In this document: positions 27,707 to 49,281 of the stretch, piece by piece
Position numbering within the stretch: the stretch's first letter is position 1
Layout of the letters: each line of letters starts with the position of its first letter
Assembly (NCBI GenBank): GCA_964538455.1
Contig: CAZIDZ010000010.1
Coordinates: 12,239 to 76,238 of the forward strand
Direction: 5' to 3'
Source of the DNA: an uncultured bacterium
GTDB lineage: Bacteria > Electryoneota > Electryoneia > Electryoneales > Electryoneaceae
DNA: 64,000 nucleotides
Notes under the pieces: model-generated
What the model was told of the DNA's origin: nothing
Database searches by the model: none
Seen by the model: only the letters and a program-made list of their open reading frames with translations
Translations under genes and position numbers: made by a program

Positions 27707-28291
27707 TTACTTTGCCGCCTTTCCAGCCTTCCGGCGGACCTGTTCGTTGTTGTAGCGAATGCCTTTGCCCTTATAGGGTTCCGGCGGCCGGATCAGACGG
27801 ATGCGCGCCGCGACCTGGCCGACAAGCGCCTTGTTGTATCCCGATACACGAATCGCGACGTTCTGGTTTTCCGCCTGCTTGACGATCCCGGCTTCGACCC
27901 ACTGGCTCGGCTGCAGCACCTCGAACTTGATTCCCGGGGGCGCTCCCAACCAGACCGGATGGCTGAAACCAATCCGTAGGTAAAGACCGTTGCCCTTGAT
28001 CTCTGCCGAGTAACCGATCCCGATCACCACCAGCGTCTTCCGGTACCCCTTGCTCACGCCTTCGACCATGTTGGCCAGCAGGGAACGGCTGAGGCCATGC
28101 TGGGCACGGTGCAGTTTATTGTCCTGCAGGCGCTCGACAAACAGCGTCGCATCGTCTTTCCTGATCGACACCTCCGGACGGAAGGTGTGCGTCAACTCGC
28201 CGAGCGGTCCCTTGACGGCAACCGTCTGGCCGTCAATCGAAACGTCCACCTTTTCAGGTATCTTGATCGGCATTTTCCCGATTCGGGACAT
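27707..28291 (-). CDS. rplF: 50S ribosomal protein L6
   Basis: MSRIGKMPIKIPEKVDV. Confidence 0.95.
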   Translation of the reverse strand: MSRIGKMPIKIPEKVDVSIDGQTVAVKGPLGELTHTFRPEVSIRKDDATLFVERLQDNKLHRAQHGLSRSLLANMVEGVSKGYRKTLVVIGIGYSAEIKGNGLYLRIGFSHPVWLGAPPGIKFEVLQPSQWVEAGIVKQAENQNVAIRVSGYNKALVGQVAARIRLIRPPEPYKGKGIRYNNEQVRRKAGKAAK

Positions 28292-28344
28292 TCTATCCTC
28301 CGCGGTCTCCCTCCATCCCGAAGCGTCGGGACGGGGTTCCCAGC

Positions 28345-28746
28345 CTACCAGACGTACATCAACACTTCACCGCCGACCTGCTCGGCTTTCGCGCGCTGTC
28401 CGGTAAGCACACCCTTGGGGGTGGAGAGCAGCGCAACGCCCATGCCGTTGCGAACGCGCGGAACATCCCGGTAGCCGATGTACTGGCGCATGCCAGGGGA
28501 TGAGATCCGCTTCAGGCCGGTGATCGCGCTCCGGCCGTTTTTGTCGTACTTGAGGAAGATGCGCAGGAAGCCCTGCTTGTCGTCCTCGATGTTGATGTAG
28601 TCGCGAAGGTACCCTTCGTCCACAAGGACCTTCGTAATCTCGCGTTTGATCTTCGATCCGGGGATGTCAACCTTCGGATGCCGCACCATCATGGCGTTGC
28701 GAATCCGGGTCAGATAATCCGCAATCGGATCCTGGAGCTTTGACAC
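28345..28746 (-). CDS. rpsH: 30S ribosomal protein S8
   Basis: [13 protein letters not shown]. Confidence 0.95.
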   Translation of the reverse strand: MSKLQDPIADYLTRIRNAMMVRHPKVDIPGSKIKREITKVLVDEGYLRDYINIEDDKQGFLRIFLKYDKNGRSAITGLKRISSPGMRQYIGYRDVPRVRNGMGVALLSTPKGVLTGQRAKAEQVGGEVLMYVW

Positions 28747-28849
28747 GGTCCGTATCCTTTCTTTTCAGGACGCAACCACGCCCTTAGGGCCTTTCGCCGC
28801 ACCGGGGCTCAAGCCCGGCTGCTCGCCGGCGAACCGGCCGAACGATTGC

Positions 28850-29035
28850 CTACCAGCTTGACTTCGATACACCCGGAATCATCCCCTGCAGGGACAGCTC
28901 CCGGAAACAGATGCGGCAGACACCATACTTGCGGATGTAACCGCGCGGACGTCCGCACCGGCTGCAGCGGTGGTATTTGCGCACCTTGAACCTCGGCTCC
29001 CTCTTCGCTTTCGCGATCAGCGCCTTTTTCGCCAT
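28850..29035 (-). CDS. rpsZ: 30S ribosomal protein S14 type Z (zinc-binding, 61 aa)
   Basis: [48 protein letters not shown] (CxxC...CxxC). Start refined. Confidence 0.9.
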   Translation of the reverse strand: MAKKALIAKAKREPRFKVRKYHRCSRCGRPRGYIRKYGVCRICFRELSLQGMIPGVSKSSW

Positions 29036-29051
29036 GAATCTCTCCCAGCTC

Positions 29052-29720
29052 TCAGGCCGTTGCCGCCTGGACAGCGCCCTGGCGCCTGCGGAACGGACAG
29101 CCCAACTCCTCCAGCAGCGCAAACGCCTGTTCATCGTTGGGCGCCGTGGTCACAAAGGTGATGTCCATCCCGTGAATCTTCTCGACCTTGTCGTAATCGA
29201 TCTCGGGGAACACGATCTGTTCCCTGATGCCGATCGTATAATTCCCGCGTCCGTCGAAACTCTTGTCCGGCAGGCCACGGAAGTCACGGACACGCGGGAT
29301 CGCCAGGTTGAAAAGCTTGTCGACGAATTCGTACATCTGCCAGCGGCGCAGGGTGACACGGGCTCCCACCTGCATTCCAGCGCGAAGCTTGAAGTTGCTG
29401 ATCGACTTTTTCGCGCGGGTGACGATCGGCTTCTGGCCGGTGATCGTCGCAAGTTCATCCAGCACGCTGTCCAACAGCTTCTGGTCCTGGTGCGCTTCGC
29501 CAATGCCGACGTTGAGGATCACCTTTTCCAGCCGTGGCACCTCCAGCACGTTCTTCAAGCCGAACCGTTTCATCAGCGACGGGACGATCTGCTCCTTGAA
29601 TTGCTTCAGCAGGCGCGGTTCATAATCCGCAGGCATCTGAGCGACCTCAGCCGCCTCCGCGGTTTTACCCTTCCCGGCCTTCGCGGCGCCCTTGGCTGTT
29701 TCTTTCTCTTTTTTCGCCAC
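29052..29720 (-). CDS. rplE: 50S ribosomal protein L5 (GTG start, with 28-aa Lys/Ala-rich N-terminal extension; alternative ATG at about 29636)
   Basis: [48 protein letters not shown] precedes the GTG. Confidence 0.9.
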   Translation of the reverse strand: MAKKEKETAKGAAKAGKGKTAEAAEVAQMPADYEPRLLKQFKEQIVPSLMKRFGLKNVLEVPRLEKVILNVGIGEAHQDQKLLDSVLDELATITGQKPIVTRAKKSISNFKLRAGMQVGARVTLRRWQMYEFVDKLFNLAIPRVRDFRGLPDKSFDGRGNYTIGIREQIVFPEIDYDKVEKIHGMDITFVTTAPNDEQAFALLEELGCPFRRRQGAVQAATA

Positions 29721-29729
29721 AACTCACCT

Positions 29730-30089
29730 CTATCCGAGCGTTTCGCCGGAGGTTTTCGCCACCCGGACCCGGCGCTGCTTTCCGCCTTCGCCTTCGACCA
29801 TCTTGTGACCGATGCGGGTCGGTTTTCCCGACTTGGGGTCAATGACCATCACGTTGGAAACGTGGATCTTGCCCTCGCGCTCCACGATACCGCCCTGGGG
29901 GACTTTCTGGTTCGGCTTCGTGTGGCGTTTGATAAAATGCACGCCCTCGACGATCACGCGATCTTCCCTGGGGAAAACCTTGAGCACCTTGCCATGCTTG
30001 CCGCGGTCGTTGCCGCCAACGATCACGACTTCGTCGCCCTTGCGCACCTTGAGCTGGTGCCTTGGGACCGTTTTCTTTCGCCGGATCAC
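29730..30089 (-). CDS. rplX: 50S ribosomal protein L24
   Basis: [25 protein letters not shown]. Confidence 0.9.
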   Translation of the reverse strand: MIRRKKTVPRHQLKVRKGDEVVIVGGNDRGKHGKVLKVFPREDRVIVEGVHFIKRHTKPNQKVPQGGIVEREGKIHVSNVMVIDPKSGKPTRIGHKMVEGEGGKQRRVRVAKTSGETLG

Positions 30090-30454
30090 AGAACCTCCGG
30101 AGCCAGGCTGACAATCTTCATGTATTCCTTTTCGCGGAGCTCGCGGGCCACCGGGCCGAAGATGCGCGTGCCCTTCGGTTCGTGGCGTTCGTCAAGAATC
30201 ACTGCCGCGTTGTCGTCGAAGCGGATGTAGGTGCCATCCTTGCGACGGACCGCCTTTTTGGTGCGCACGACCACCGCCGTCTGCACGGAGCCTTTTTTCA
30301 CGGCGCTGTTCGGAATCGCGGATTTGACACTGACGACGATGACGTCACCGAGCGAAGCGTAATGGTGCCGGGTTCCGCCGAGAATGCGGAAGCACTTAAC
30401 CTTCTTCGCGCCAGTGTTGTCCGCGACGTTGAGCAGCGTCTCTGTCTGGATCAT
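30086..30454 (-). CDS. rplN: 50S ribosomal protein L14
   Basis: [19 protein letters not shown]. Confidence 0.95.
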   Translation of the reverse strand: MIQTETLLNVADNTGAKKVKCFRILGGTRHHYASLGDVIVVSVKSAIPNSAVKKGSVQTAVVVRTKKAVRRKDGTYIRFDDNAAVILDERHEPKGTRIFGPVARELREKEYMKIVSLAPEVL

Positions 30455-30479
30455 GATGCCCTCTACGGATCAACGCCGC

Positions 30480-30737
30480 TTACACGGCCTTCTTAACGAT
30501 CTCGATCACCCGCCAGCGCTTGCTGCGCGACATCGGGCGCGCTTCCATCAACCGCACCATATCGCCGGTGTGGCACTCGTTAGCCTCATCGTGCGCATGG
30601 TACTTTTTAGATTTCGTCACGAATTTCCTGTACAACGGGTGACGAAGCCGCCGCTCGACGACCACCGTCACCGTCTTTTCCATCTTGTCGGAAACCACCG
30701 TCCCCATGACGGTTTTCCTGTGACCACGCTCGCTCAC
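30480..30737 (-). CDS. rpsQ: 30S ribosomal protein S17
   Basis: Conserved S17. Confidence 0.9.
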   Translation of the reverse strand: MSERGHRKTVMGTVVSDKMEKTVTVVVERRLRHPLYRKFVTKSKKYHAHDEANECHTGDMVRLMEARPMSRSKRWRVIEIVKKAV

Positions 30738-30746
30738 AGATCCTCC

Positions 30747-30977
30747 TTACGCCTCACCCTGGGACGCGGCAGCGCCGGCTTCCGCCAACTCGCGCTCGTG
30801 AATCAGGGTAAGAATGCGCGACACCGCCTTGCGCTGAATGCGCACCTGGATCGGGCTTTCAAGCTGGCCACTGCCGTTCTGAAAACGCAGGTTCGCCAGC
30901 TCCTCCTCCGCGTCGGCCAAACGGGCCTTCAACTCGTCCAGCGAAAGGCCGCGAAGCTCTTCGATGTTCCGGGCCAT
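30747..30977 (-). CDS. rpmC: 50S ribosomal protein L29
   Basis: LRGLSLDELKARLADAEEELANLRFQ. Confidence 0.85.
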   Translation of the reverse strand: MARNIEELRGLSLDELKARLADAEEELANLRFQNGSGQLESPIQVRIQRKAVSRILTLIHERELAEAGAAASQGEA

Positions 30978-30981
30978 TGTG

Positions 30982-31395
30982 CTATCCTTCCAGACGCGTC
31001 ACGATTTTCGTTCTCACGGGCAGTTTGTGCATCGCCCGCTCCAGGGCTTCCTTAGCGAGACCCGGCTCGACACCGCCGAGTTCGAACATCACCCGCCCCG
31101 GGCGCACCACCGCCACCCAGAACTCAGGCGTGCCCTTTCCCTTGCCCATCCGGACCTCGGCGGGCTTTTTTGTCACCGGCTTGTCCGGAAAAATCCGGAT
31201 CCAGACCTTGCCGCCGCGTTTGACGTGGCGAGTCATCGCCACACGTGCCGCCTCGATCTGCCGCGCTGTGATCCAGCCCGGTTCCAGGGTCATGATGCCA
31301 AAGTCACCGAAGGAGACTTCGTTCCCACGGTAGGACAGACCCCTCATCCGGCCTTTCTGAACCTTGCGGTGTTTAACTCGCTTGGGTGCAAGCAT
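30982..31395 (-). CDS. rplP: 50S ribosomal protein L16
   Basis: [19 protein letters not shown]. Confidence 0.95.
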   Translation of the reverse strand: MLAPKRVKHRKVQKGRMRGLSYRGNEVSFGDFGIMTLEPGWITARQIEAARVAMTRHVKRGGKVWIRIFPDKPVTKKPAEVRMGKGKGTPEFWVAVVRPGRVMFELGGVEPGLAKEALERAMHKLPVRTKIVTRLEG

Positions 31396-31448
31396 GCTTC
31401 CACTCTCGCGCTATCGTTCCGCCGGATCCATTCCGGCGCGCGTTGTCG

Positions 31449-32111
31449 TCAGTTGGCCTTGGTGGCGTTTCCGCCCATCTGGCCCTTGCCCAGAATCTCG
31501 CCCTTGCAGATCCACACCTTGACGCCGATCGTGCCGTAGGTGGTTTTCGCCACGTCCTGGGCGTAATCGATGTCGGCGCGCAGGGTGTGCAGCGGGATGC
31601 GGCCTTCCTTGTACATTTCGGTGCGGCTCATTTCGGCGCCGCCGAGACGCCCGGCGGTCATCACCTTAATGCCCTCCGCGCCCATCCTCATCGCCGCCTG
31701 AATCGCCTTCTTCATCGCCCGGCGGAAACTCACGCGGCCTCGGAGCTGGTGCGCGATCGATTCCGCCACGAGGGCGGCTTCGATTTCGGGGCGCTTGATT
31801 TCAAAGATGTTCAACTGAACATCCTTGCCCGTGAGCTGCGCCAATTCGGCCTTCAGCTTGTCCACCTCGCTGCCTTTTCGCCCGATCACGATGCCGGGGC
31901 GCGCCGTGTGGATCGAGATCGTCACCAGCTTCGGCGTGCGCTCGATCTCGACGCGCGACACTCCAGCGTTCTGCAGACGCTTGGAGAGGTAGCGACGCAG
32001 CATCAGGTCTTCCTGGAGTTTGGCCGCCGTGCTTTTTTCATCAAACCAGTTGGAGGACCACGTTTTGTTGACCTTCAACCGGAACCCGATGGGATGAACC
32101 TTCTGACCCAT
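31449..32111 (-). CDS. rpsC: 30S ribosomal protein S3
   Basis: [12 protein letters not shown] (start refined), KH domain. Confidence 0.95.
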   Translation of the reverse strand: MGQKVHPIGFRLKVNKTWSSNWFDEKSTAAKLQEDLMLRRYLSKRLQNAGVSRVEIERTPKLVTISIHTARPGIVIGRKGSEVDKLKAELAQLTGKDVQLNIFEIKRPEIEAALVAESIAHQLRGRVSFRRAMKKAIQAAMRMGAEGIKVMTAGRLGGAEMSRTEMYKEGRIPLHTLRADIDYAQDVAKTTYGTIGVKVWICKGEILGKGQMGGNATKAN

Positions 32112-32133
32112 GATTTCCTCGCTCGATCCGCGC

Positions 32134-32472
32134 CTACGTCCTGACAACCAGCGTCATGTGGCTGGTACGCTTGTTGATCCTGGTGGCGCGGCCCATGGCG
32201 CGCGCCCGCCAGCGGCGCAGGGTAGGACCCTCATCCACCCGCACCTCGGCGATCACAGCTTCGTTGACGTTGACACCTCTGGCCTCTTCCTGGCCCATCA
32301 GGTTGGTCAACGCGCTGCGCAACAGCTTTTCGAGGTGGTGTGCGGCCCGCTTCGGACTGTGCGTCAACACACCCTGAGCCTGGCCGGCCTTCATCCCGCG
32401 GATCATATCCGCAACCAGCCTCGCCTTGCGCGGCGCAATCCGTACGTAACGGGCTGTCGCTTTCGCTTCCAT
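32134..32472 (-). CDS. rplV: 50S ribosomal protein L22
   Basis: [19 protein letters not shown] (start refined). Confidence 0.9.
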   Translation of the reverse strand: MEAKATARYVRIAPRKARLVADMIRGMKAGQAQGVLTHSPKRAAHHLEKLLRSALTNLMGQEEARGVNVNEAVIAEVRVDEGPTLRRWRARAMGRATRINKRTSHMTLVVRT

Positions 32473-32488
32473 TCCGATCCGCCCTCGC

Positions 32489-32779
32489 TTACTTGATCTT
32501 GCCGGCCTTTTCCGTCTTCCTGGTCCCGGCGTGGCTACGGAAGGTGCGGGTCGGGGCGAACTCACCCAACTTGTGACCGACCATGTTTTCCGTCACGAAC
32601 ACCGGGATATGCTTGTGCCCGTTGTGCACCGCCAGAGTGAGACCGACGAACTCCGGGCTGATGGTGCTGCGGCGGGACCAGGTCTTGATGACCTTCTTGT
32701 CCCCCGTCTGCTGAGCCACCTGGATCTTCTTCATCAGGTGCTCATCGATGAACGGTCCCTTTTTGATCGACCGGGCCAT
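32489..32779 (-). CDS. rpsS: 30S ribosomal protein S19
   Basis: [15 protein letters not shown]. Confidence 0.95.
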   Translation of the reverse strand: MARSIKKGPFIDEHLMKKIQVAQQTGDKKVIKTWSRRSTISPEFVGLTLAVHNGHKHIPVFVTENMVGHKLGEFAPTRTFRSHAGTRKTEKAGKIK

Positions 32780-32798
32780 AGCGTCCTCTATCCGTTCC

Positions 32799-33629
32799 TT
32801 ACTTCTGGTTGCGCCGTTTGATGATGTACTTGTCTGACTTCTTCGTCCCGACCCGGGTCTTGTACCCCTTGGTCGGCTTACCCCACGGTGTGCAGGGGTG
32901 CCGTCCTCCGGAACTGCGTCCTTCGCCGCCGCCCATGGGGTGATCCACCGGGTTCATGACCACGCCGCGGACATGCGGGCGGCGACCCAACCAGCGGCTC
33001 TTTCCCGCCTTGCCGAAGGACTGGTTTTCGTGCTGCTCGTTGCCCACCGAACCGATTGTCGCGAGGCACCCCTGGGGCACCTGGCGCATCTCTCCGCTCG
33101 GCAACTTGAGCACAGCCATCCCCGCATCGCGGGCCATCAATCGAACGCTGGCTCCCGCGCTGCGCGCCAACTGGCCGCCTCGTCCCGGCTGCATCTCGAC
33201 ATTGTGCACTTCCGTGCCCAGCGGTATGAATTCGAGGGGCATCGCGTTTCCGGCCCGAATCTCGACCTGCTCGCGCCCGCTGGCCAACTGGTCTCCCACC
33301 TTCAAACCCTTCGGCGAGAGGATATACCGCTTTTCCCCATCCGCGTAGACGAGCAGTGCGATGTTCGCGCTGCGGTTGGGATCGTACTCGATTGTGGCGA
33401 CCTGCGCCGGCACACCGAATTTGTCACGGTGGAAGTCGATGCGACGGTACTTCCGCTTGTGACCGCCCCCCCGCTGCCAGATGGTGACACGGCCGAAGTT
33501 GTTCCGGCCGCCACTCTTGGACAGAGGTTCGAGAAGGCTTTTCTCCGGTTGAACCTTGCTCAGTTCGGACTTGTCAAGGTTTGTGCGGAAACGTTGTCCC
33601 GGTGTTACCGGATTGTATTTCTTCAACAT
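32799..33629 (-). CDS. rplB: 50S ribosomal protein L2
   Basis: Conserved L2. Confidence 0.95.
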   Translation of the reverse strand: MLKKYNPVTPGQRFRTNLDKSELSKVQPEKSLLEPLSKSGGRNNFGRVTIWQRGGGHKRKYRRIDFHRDKFGVPAQVATIEYDPNRSANIALLVYADGEKRYILSPKGLKVGDQLASGREQVEIRAGNAMPLEFIPLGTEVHNVEMQPGRGGQLARSAGASVRLMARDAGMAVLKLPSGEMRQVPQGCLATIGSVGNEQHENQSFGKAGKSRWLGRRPHVRGVVMNPVDHPMGGGEGRSSGGRHPCTPWGKPTKGYKTRVGTKKSDKYIIKRRNQK

Positions 33630-33695
33630 GGTTCCCTCGCGGCGGTGTCACTGACATCGCCGTCCGCCGTTCGCGGCTTGCGCGGCGGGCGAACG

Positions 33696-33992
33696 CTAGA
33701 CGTTTTCGAACAATTCGAGTTTCTGTCCCTCGGCCAAAGTCACAAAGGCCTTCTTGCGAGCGGCACGGTAGCCGGCGAAGCGGCCCATCCGTTTGAGTTT
33801 GCCCCGGACGCTCGTCGTCCGGACCCCCTCGACCTTCACTTCGAAGATCGTCTCCACCGCCCGCTTGATCTCGACCTTGTTCGCGTCGCGCGGCACCTCG
33901 AAGGCGTAGGTATTCAGCCTTTCGGTCATCCGCACGGCCTTTTCGGTCATCAGCGGCCGCTTAAGCAGCTTTCTCAGACGCGCGCTTTCCAC
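33696..33992 (-). CDS. rplW: 50S ribosomal protein L23 (32-nt overlap with rplD if the full-length start is used)
   Basis: The N-terminus ARLRKLLKRPLMTEKA aligns to E. coli L23 ERLLKVLRAPHVSEKA. Confidence 0.85.
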   Translation of the reverse strand: MESARLRKLLKRPLMTEKAVRMTERLNTYAFEVPRDANKVEIKRAVETIFEVKVEGVRTTSVRGKLKRMGRFAGYRAARKKAFVTLAEGQKLELFENV

Positions 33993-34614
33993 CTAGCACC
34001 TCGGAGATGGCGTTCAGGGCGCCCTGCTGGATCACGAGCACCCGGCTGTTCAACAGATCATAGGTCGACGCCTGCACACCCACCTGCACCGCGCAACGTT
34101 CCAGGTTGCGGGCGCTTTTCACCAGGTTGACGTCGTACTCTTTTGTCAGGATCAACACTTTCTGGTCCTGCAGTTCGAGCGACGCGAGCAGCGCGACGAC
34201 TTCCTTGGTTTTCGGACTTTCAAAATTGAAATCCTCGACGACGCGCACGGCCTCTTCCGCGGCCCTCGCCGAAAAAGCGCTGCGGCGGGCCAAGCGGTTC
34301 ATCTTCAGCGGCATCCTCATCACGTAGGGATGCGGCTGCGGGCCGAAAATGGTGCCTCCATGGCGCCAGATCGGGCTGCGCGTCGAACCCGCGCGCGCCG
34401 TGCCACGACCTTTCTGACGCCAGGGTTTCTTGCCACCGCCCGAGACCAGTTTTCGGTTCTTCGAAGCGTGGGTGCCCTGACGCATCCGGGCGCGCTGCAC
34501 CTTTACCGCCAGCCACATGGCGTGCTCGTTGGGCTCAATGCCGAACACCGAAGCATCCAATTCCGCCTTGGCGCCCGTCGGCTTGCCCTCGCGGCTGTAC
34601 ACAGGCAGCTTCAT
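33961..34614 (-). CDS. rplD: 50S ribosomal protein L4
   Basis: Conserved L4. Confidence 0.9.
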   Translation of the reverse strand: MKLPVYSREGKPTGAKAELDASVFGIEPNEHAMWLAVKVQRARMRQGTHASKNRKLVSGGGKKPWRQKGRGTARAGSTRSPIWRHGGTIFGPQPHPYVMRMPLKMNRLARRSAFSARAAEEAVRVVEDFNFESPKTKEVVALLASLELQDQKVLILTKEYDVNLVKSARNLERCAVQVGVQASTYDLLNSRVLVIQQGALNAISEVLGGKRASEKAA

Positions 34615-35243
34615 CGTTCACCTGAAATCTTATGCAGCTCGACAATCGAATTCCGGGCTCCCGGCACCGCACCTTTGACGAGCAGCAGATTCTTGTCGGT
34701 CACCACTTCAATCACTTCCAGGTTCTTCACCGACACTTTCGCATTACCGTACTGTCCGGGCAACCGCTGGCCCAGCCAGACACGGCCGGGCGAGGTGGTC
34801 GAACCGATTGACCCGGGCCCGCGGAAAGATTCATGAGTGCCGTGCGAACCCTTGTGGCCATGGAAATTGTGGCGCTTGATCACCCCCGCAAACCCACGGC
34901 CCTTGCTCGTTCCGCGCACGCTGACCCGGTCGCCTTCCGCGAAAATCTCCTCGACGTGGATCTCGCTTCCCGCGTCGCGCGCGGCCATTCCGCGGAACTC
35001 GCGCAGGACGCGATGGGGATTGACCCCCGCGCGTTTATAGTGGCCGGAGAGCGGCTTGTTCACCTGGCGCAGCGACTTCGCACCGTAGGCGAGCTGCAGG
35101 GCGTCGTACCCATCCTGCCCTTCCGCCGATTTCACCTGCACCACCGGGTTCGGCACGACCTCGATCACCGTGACAGGAATCTGCATTCCCTCGCGGTAGA
35201 CACTGGTCATCCCGATCTTGCGACCCAACAGTCCATCCGACAT
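34611..35243 (-). CDS. rplC: 50S ribosomal protein L3
   Basis: [16 protein letters not shown] (start refined). Confidence 0.9.
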   Translation of the reverse strand: MSDGLLGRKIGMTSVYREGMQIPVTVIEVVPNPVVQVKSAEGQDGYDALQLAYGAKSLRQVNKPLSGHYKRAGVNPHRVLREFRGMAARDAGSEIHVEEIFAEGDRVSVRGTSKGRGFAGVIKRHNFHGHKGSHGTHESFRGPGSIGSTTSPGRVWLGQRLPGQYGNAKVSVKNLEVIEVVTDKNLLLVKGAVPGARNSIVELHKISGER

Positions 35244-35256
35244 CGTCAGGTCCCTT

Positions 35257-35565
35257 TCAGGTCTTGATCTCAATGTCCACGCCGGCGGGCAACTCGAGCT
35301 TCATCAGGGCATCGATCGTCTTCGACGTCGAGTTAAGGATGTCGATGAGACGCTTGTGCACCCGGGTCTCGAACTGCTCACGGGACTTTTTGTCAACATG
35401 CGGCCCGCGCAGCACCGTGTAGAACGTGCGCCGCGTAGGCAACGGAATCGGCCCGCTGATCACCGCCCCCGTACTCCGGGCAGTCTGAATGATCTTCTGG
35501 GTCGATTTGTCCAGCAGGTTGTGGTCATACGCTTTCAAGCGTATCCGGATATTCTGCCCGGCCAC
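35257..35565 (-). CDS. rpsJ: 30S ribosomal protein S10
   Basis: [16 protein letters not shown]. Confidence 0.95.
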   Translation of the reverse strand: MAGQNIRIRLKAYDHNLLDKSTQKIIQTARSTGAVISGPIPLPTRRTFYTVLRGPHVDKKSREQFETRVHKRLIDILNSTSKTIDALMKLELPAGVDIEIKT

Positions 35566-35653
35566 GTGGACCTCCGGTAACTCGATTCTTTATCCATCCC
35601 GGTGCGACGCGGCCGATGCAGCCCGCTGCGCCGGGAAACCTTCACAGCAAAGG

Positions 35654-36844
<1,191 letters not shown>

Positions 36845-36869
36845 GATTCAACCCTCTTGCTGGGTTCCC

Positions 36870-38984
36870 TTAATAACCGCGAACCTTTTTGACCACCTCT
36901 TCCTGCACGCTCTGCGGGACGCGCAGATAATGGTCAAACTCCATCGTAAACAACGCCCGCCCCTGGGTCATCGACCGCAGTTCCGTCGCGTATCCAAACA
37001 TTTCCGAAAGCGGAACATCCGCACGCACGACTTGAGCGTCGCGGCGCGGGGCAATGCCATGAATTTTCGCACGCCTGCTGGACAGGTTCCCCATCACGTC
37101 CCCCACGTACTCCTCGGGGGTCACCACCTCGAGCTTCATGATCGGCTCGGTGATGTAAGGATCCGCCTTCTGGGCGGCGTCCTTGATCGCCATGCTGCCC
37201 GCGACGCGGAAGGCCATCTCGCTGGAGTCAACCTCGTGATAACTGCCGTCCACGAGCCGGACCTTCACATCATCCATCGGGTAGCCCGCCAACACTCCCG
37301 ATCCGAGGGCATCCTGAATTCCCAGCCGAACCGCGGGGATGTACTCTTTCGGGATCTTTCCGCCGACGATTTTGTCCTCGAAAACGTAGCCCGACCCCTG
37401 GGGAAGCGGCTCTACCTCGATAATCGCGTGTCCATACTGTCCATGCCCGCCGGACTGGCGGACAAAACGGCCTTCGCCCTTGGCCGCTTTGCCAAGGCTT
37501 TCCTTGTAGGCCACCTGGGGGTTGCCCACATTGGCCTGAACCTGGAATTCCCGCATCAGGCGGTCGATCAGGATTTCCAGGTGAAGCTCGCCCATGCCGC
37601 TGATTTGCGTCTGGCCCGCCTCCTCGTCGTACCGAACCATGAAGGTCGGATCCTCTTCCGCAAGCTTGAGCAGACTGTTAACCAGTTGGTCCTGGTCGGC
37701 CTTGGTCCTGGGCTCAATCGCGCGGGTGATGACCGGGGTGGGGAACTTCAACGACTCGAGAAGGATGGGATGGCTGATGTCCGAGAGAGTGTCGCCGGTG
37801 CGCACGTCCTTCATGCCGACGAGCGCGACAATACCGCCGCTGAAAACAACGTCCCGCTCTTCGCGCTTGTTCGCAAACATCTCAAGAATACGGCCAATCC
37901 GCTCTTTCCTTCCAGTTCGCTGGTTGACCACCATATCGCCCGTGTGCAGCACGCCCGAATAGACGCGGATATAGGTGAGGCGGCCAACATACGGATCGGT
38001 CACGATCTTGAAGGCCAGCGCGGCGAATGGCTCATTGTCGTTCTGGGGACGGCTGATCTTGTTTTCCGTGTGTGGCTGAATTCCATGCACGGGGCCGATT
38101 TCAAGCGGGCTCGGCAGGTAATGCACAATCGCGTCGAGGAGACGCTGCACACCCTTGTTCTTGTAGGAACTGCCACACAGAATCGGGACAATCTTCAGGT
38201 CGATCGTCGCTCTGCGAAGCGCAGCGCGGATTTTGTCGTCGGGGATTTCCTTGCCGTCGAGGAACATCTCCATCAGCCCGTCGTCATAGTCACTGATGGA
38301 TTCCAGCATTTTCTCGCGCCACTCGTGGGCCATTTCCCTGAGGTCGGGCGGAATCTCGCCCTCGTCGAATTTCAGGCCGTTCGTGTCCTCGTGGTACCAG
38401 ATTGCCTGGTTCGTGATCAGGTCCAGGAGGCCGTTGAACATTTCGCCCTGGCCCATCGGGATCTGCACGGGGATCGGAGTCGTCCCGAAGCGGTCACGGA
38501 TCATGTCTACGGCACGGTAGAAGTCGGCGCCGACTCGGTCCATCTTGTTGATGTAGCCGATACGGGGAACACCGTACTTGTCCGCCTGCCGCCAGACCGT
38601 CTCCGATTGGGGTTCAACGCCACCCACCGCGCAGAACAGCGCCACAGCTCCGTCGAGCACGCGCAGCGAACGCTCCACCTCGGCGGTGAAGTCGACGTGG
38701 CCCGGAGTGTCAATCAACGTCAACCGGTGATCGTTCCACTCGGTAGTGATGGACGCCGACGTGATGGTGATGCCGCGCTCTTTTTCCTGTTCCATCCAAT
38801 CGGTGGTTGCTGCGCCGTCATGCACCTCACCCATTCGGTGAAGGCGGCCTGTGTAGTACAGGATGCGTTCCGTGGTCGTCGTTTTGCCCGCGTCGATGTG
38901 AGCCATGATCCCGAAATTGCGGATCTTGTGCATCGGCCAGCGCCGTTCATCGACCGAGTTTTTCTTGTTCTTTCCGTTCGCCAT
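36870..38984 (-). CDS. fusA: elongation factor G
   Basis: [15 protein letters not shown]; 704 aa. Confidence 0.95.
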   Translation of the reverse strand: MANGKNKKNSVDERRWPMHKIRNFGIMAHIDAGKTTTTERILYYTGRLHRMGEVHDGAATTDWMEQEKERGITITSASITTEWNDHRLTLIDTPGHVDFTAEVERSLRVLDGAVALFCAVGGVEPQSETVWRQADKYGVPRIGYINKMDRVGADFYRAVDMIRDRFGTTPIPVQIPMGQGEMFNGLLDLITNQAIWYHEDTNGLKFDEGEIPPDLREMAHEWREKMLESISDYDDGLMEMFLDGKEIPDDKIRAALRRATIDLKIVPILCGSSYKNKGVQRLLDAIVHYLPSPLEIGPVHGIQPHTENKISRPQNDNEPFAALAFKIVTDPYVGRLTYIRVYSGVLHTGDMVVNQRTGRKERIGRILEMFANKREERDVVFSGGIVALVGMKDVRTGDTLSDISHPILLESLKFPTPVITRAIEPRTKADQDQLVNSLLKLAEEDPTFMVRYDEEAGQTQISGMGELHLEILIDRLMREFQVQANVGNPQVAYKESLGKAAKGEGRFVRQSGGHGQYGHAIIEVEPLPQGSGYVFEDKIVGGKIPKEYIPAVRLGIQDALGSGVLAGYPMDDVKVRLVDGSYHEVDSSEMAFRVAGSMAIKDAAQKADPYITEPIMKLEVVTPEEYVGDVMGNLSSRRAKIHGIAPRRDAQVVRADVPLSEMFGYATELRSMTQGRALFTMEFDHYLRVPQSVQEEVVKKVRGY

Positions 38985-39122
38985 GCTCGTCTGCCGTCAT
39001 CCCGGGGCCACCCCGGTACCTTTCGTTCCGCTTTCGCTTGAGAAAGAGCCGAAACCGAACTCACGGCCGCCGCTCTTCCCCATCCGTTACTTAGCCGGGA
39101 AGCCGCGGCGCCGTGCCGCTGC

Positions 39123-39593
39123 TTACCAGCGGAAGTGCGCGAAGGCTTTGTTCGCCTCCGCCATCTTATGAGTATCTTCTTTCTTTTTAATCGTCGAACC
39201 TTCGCCGTTCGCACACGCCAACATCTCAGCGGCGAGCTTCTCCGCCATGTTGCGCCCCGGACGCGCCTTCGAAAACGTGATCAGCCAGCGGGTCGCCAAC
39301 GCCTGTCCGCGGTCCTGGCGCACCTCCACGGGAACCTGGTACGTGCTGCCGCCGACACGGCGGGATTTGACCTCGACCATCGGCTGAGCGTTGCGCAGCG
39401 CCTTCTCAAACGTCGCAACACCCTGTCCCTTGGACTTTTCGTCCATAATTTCGATGGCCTTGTACACAACGCCTTCCGCGACCGACTTCTTTCCCCGCTC
39501 CATCAGGTTGTTGATGAATTTGGCAACCTTGATCGAGTTGTATTTCGGATCGGGAAGAATCTCCCGCCTGACTGCGCGTTTCCGCCTGGCCAT
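39123..39593 (-). CDS. rpsG: 30S ribosomal protein S7
   Basis: Conserved S7. Confidence 0.95.
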   Translation of the reverse strand: MARRKRAVRREILPDPKYNSIKVAKFINNLMERGKKSVAEGVVYKAIEIMDEKSKGQGVATFEKALRNAQPMVEVKSRRVGGSTYQVPVEVRQDRGQALATRWLITFSKARPGRNMAEKLAAEMLACANGEGSTIKKKEDTHKMAEANKAFAHFRW

Positions 39594-39643
39594 ATCGTTC
39601 GTTCCTCAATCGCTGCCGTCCCGTCGCTCCGGGACCGGCGACG

Positions 39644-40018
39644 TTACTTCTTCGCCCGTTTTGTTCCGTACTTGCTGCGGCTTTGGTTGCGGTCCGCCAC
39701 CCCCGCGGCGTCCAGGGTGCCGCGGATGATGTGATAGCGCACGCCCGGCAAGTCCTTTACACGGCCGCCGCGAATCAGCACAATCGAGTGTTCCTGCAGA
39801 TTGTGCCCCTCGCCCGGGATGTACGCCGTCACCTCGATTCCATTCGAGAGGCGCACACGCGCCACCTTGCGAAGCGCCGAGTTCGGCTTCTTCGGAGTTG
39901 TGGTGTACACACGCGTGCAGACGCCACGCCGTTGCGGGCAATTCTGCAACGCCGGAGCACTCGTTTTCTTGACCTGCTTCGCACGGCCCTTGCGGACCAG
40001 CTGGTTTACCGTCGGCAT
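39644..40018 (-). CDS. rpsL: 30S ribosomal protein S12
   Basis: [12 protein letters not shown]... Confidence 0.95.
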   Translation of the reverse strand: MPTVNQLVRKGRAKQVKKTSAPALQNCPQRRGVCTRVYTTTPKKPNSALRKVARVRLSNGIEVTAYIPGEGHNLQEHSIVLIRGGRVKDLPGVRYHIIRGTLDAAGVADRNQSRSKYGTKRAKK

Positions 40019-40410
40019 TACGTCTCCATCAGCTACGACGTCGGGCGATGCAGCCTCGCCGCAAGCACCCCACCTTTTGCTCGATCGAACCGCGTCAAGA
40101 ACGCTCCGCGGTGGATCCTCAACAGCCGAATCCGGAATTGGAACCCGGCCGTTTCAAACCGCTCCATTCCATGATTTGGCCCCCTTTCAAAGCGCCCCTA
40201 AACCAATGTTTCCGTGGGGTCTACCTGCCTTTGAAAGGAGGCAAACAGCAACGAGCGGCACTCCCCGCACCGCTCGCTACGGTCATCCCCAAACTCTTCT
40301 GTTCCTGCATCCGAGTTCGCGAATCATCTGCCGGGCAGGGATTGGGGACCGACAGCGTTCACACCCCGGAATTTTAGTTCAGCAGGATGTCTTTGAAGCC
40401 CGGGAAGTAT

Positions 40411-40431
40411 AGGATAAAACTCCCCCGGAGT
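40411..40431 (-). terminator. putative rho-independent terminator after rpoC
   Basis: On the minus strand, ACUCC-GGG-GGAGU is followed by UUUUAU, 9 nt after the rpoC stop. Confidence 0.35.
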
Positions 40432-40439
40432 CAACACTT

Positions 40440-44837
<4,398 letters not shown>

Positions 44838-44937
44838 GGCAACCCTCCTTGAATGCTATCCAGGGCGGCCCGGCCGGTTGGCCGGCGCCGCGATCCCTGC
44901 CTTTATCCGTGCGGAGTGAACCGCACCTGGGACGCCA

Positions 44938-48723
<3,786 letters not shown>

Positions 48724-48834
48724 AGAAGCCTCCTGGGTATCTGCATGTGGTTAAGACACCAAAAAGCGGAGCCCTCCCTCGCGGGCGGTCCGCCGGGCAC
48801 TGCGCAGTGATCGGATCTGCCGCACGGGGCCAAC

Positions 48835-49218
48835 CTACTTCAACTCCACGGCGCCGCCGACTTCCTCGACCTTCTTCTTGATCTCTTCGGCTTCGTCCTT
48901 CAACACGCCTTCCTTGATCGGCTTCGGAGCGCCGTCAACGAGATCCTTGGCCTCTTTAAGGCCGAGACCCGTGATTTGACGGACAACCTTGATCACCTGA
49001 ATCTTGGAAGCGCCACCGTCCTTGAGCACGACGTCGAAGGAATCCTTCTCCTCGGCGGCTGCAGTTTCGCCACCGTTCGCCGGGGCGGCGGCCGCCATCG
49101 CTACGGGAGCCGCTGCAGTGACCCCGAACTCCTCCTCAAGGGCTTTCTTCAGCTCGACGAGTTCAAGGACTTTCATGTTCTTGATGGTTTCAATCAGCTG
49201 TTCCACCTGGACCTCCAA
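48835..49218 (-). CDS. rplL: 50S ribosomal protein L7/L12
   Basis: Ala-rich hinge and conserved C-terminal domain. Confidence 0.9.
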   Translation of the reverse strand: MEVQVEQLIETIKNMKVLELVELKKALEEEFGVTAAAPVAMAAAAPANGGETAAAEEKDSFDVVLKDGGASKIQVIKVVRQITGLGLKEAKDLVDGAPKPIKEGVLKDEAEEIKKKVEEVGGAVELK

Positions 49219-49281
49219 ATACGGCAGTTACCATGTTGTGTTCGATATCTCTGGCTCGGCCCGGAGGCCGTGCCCGGGCGT

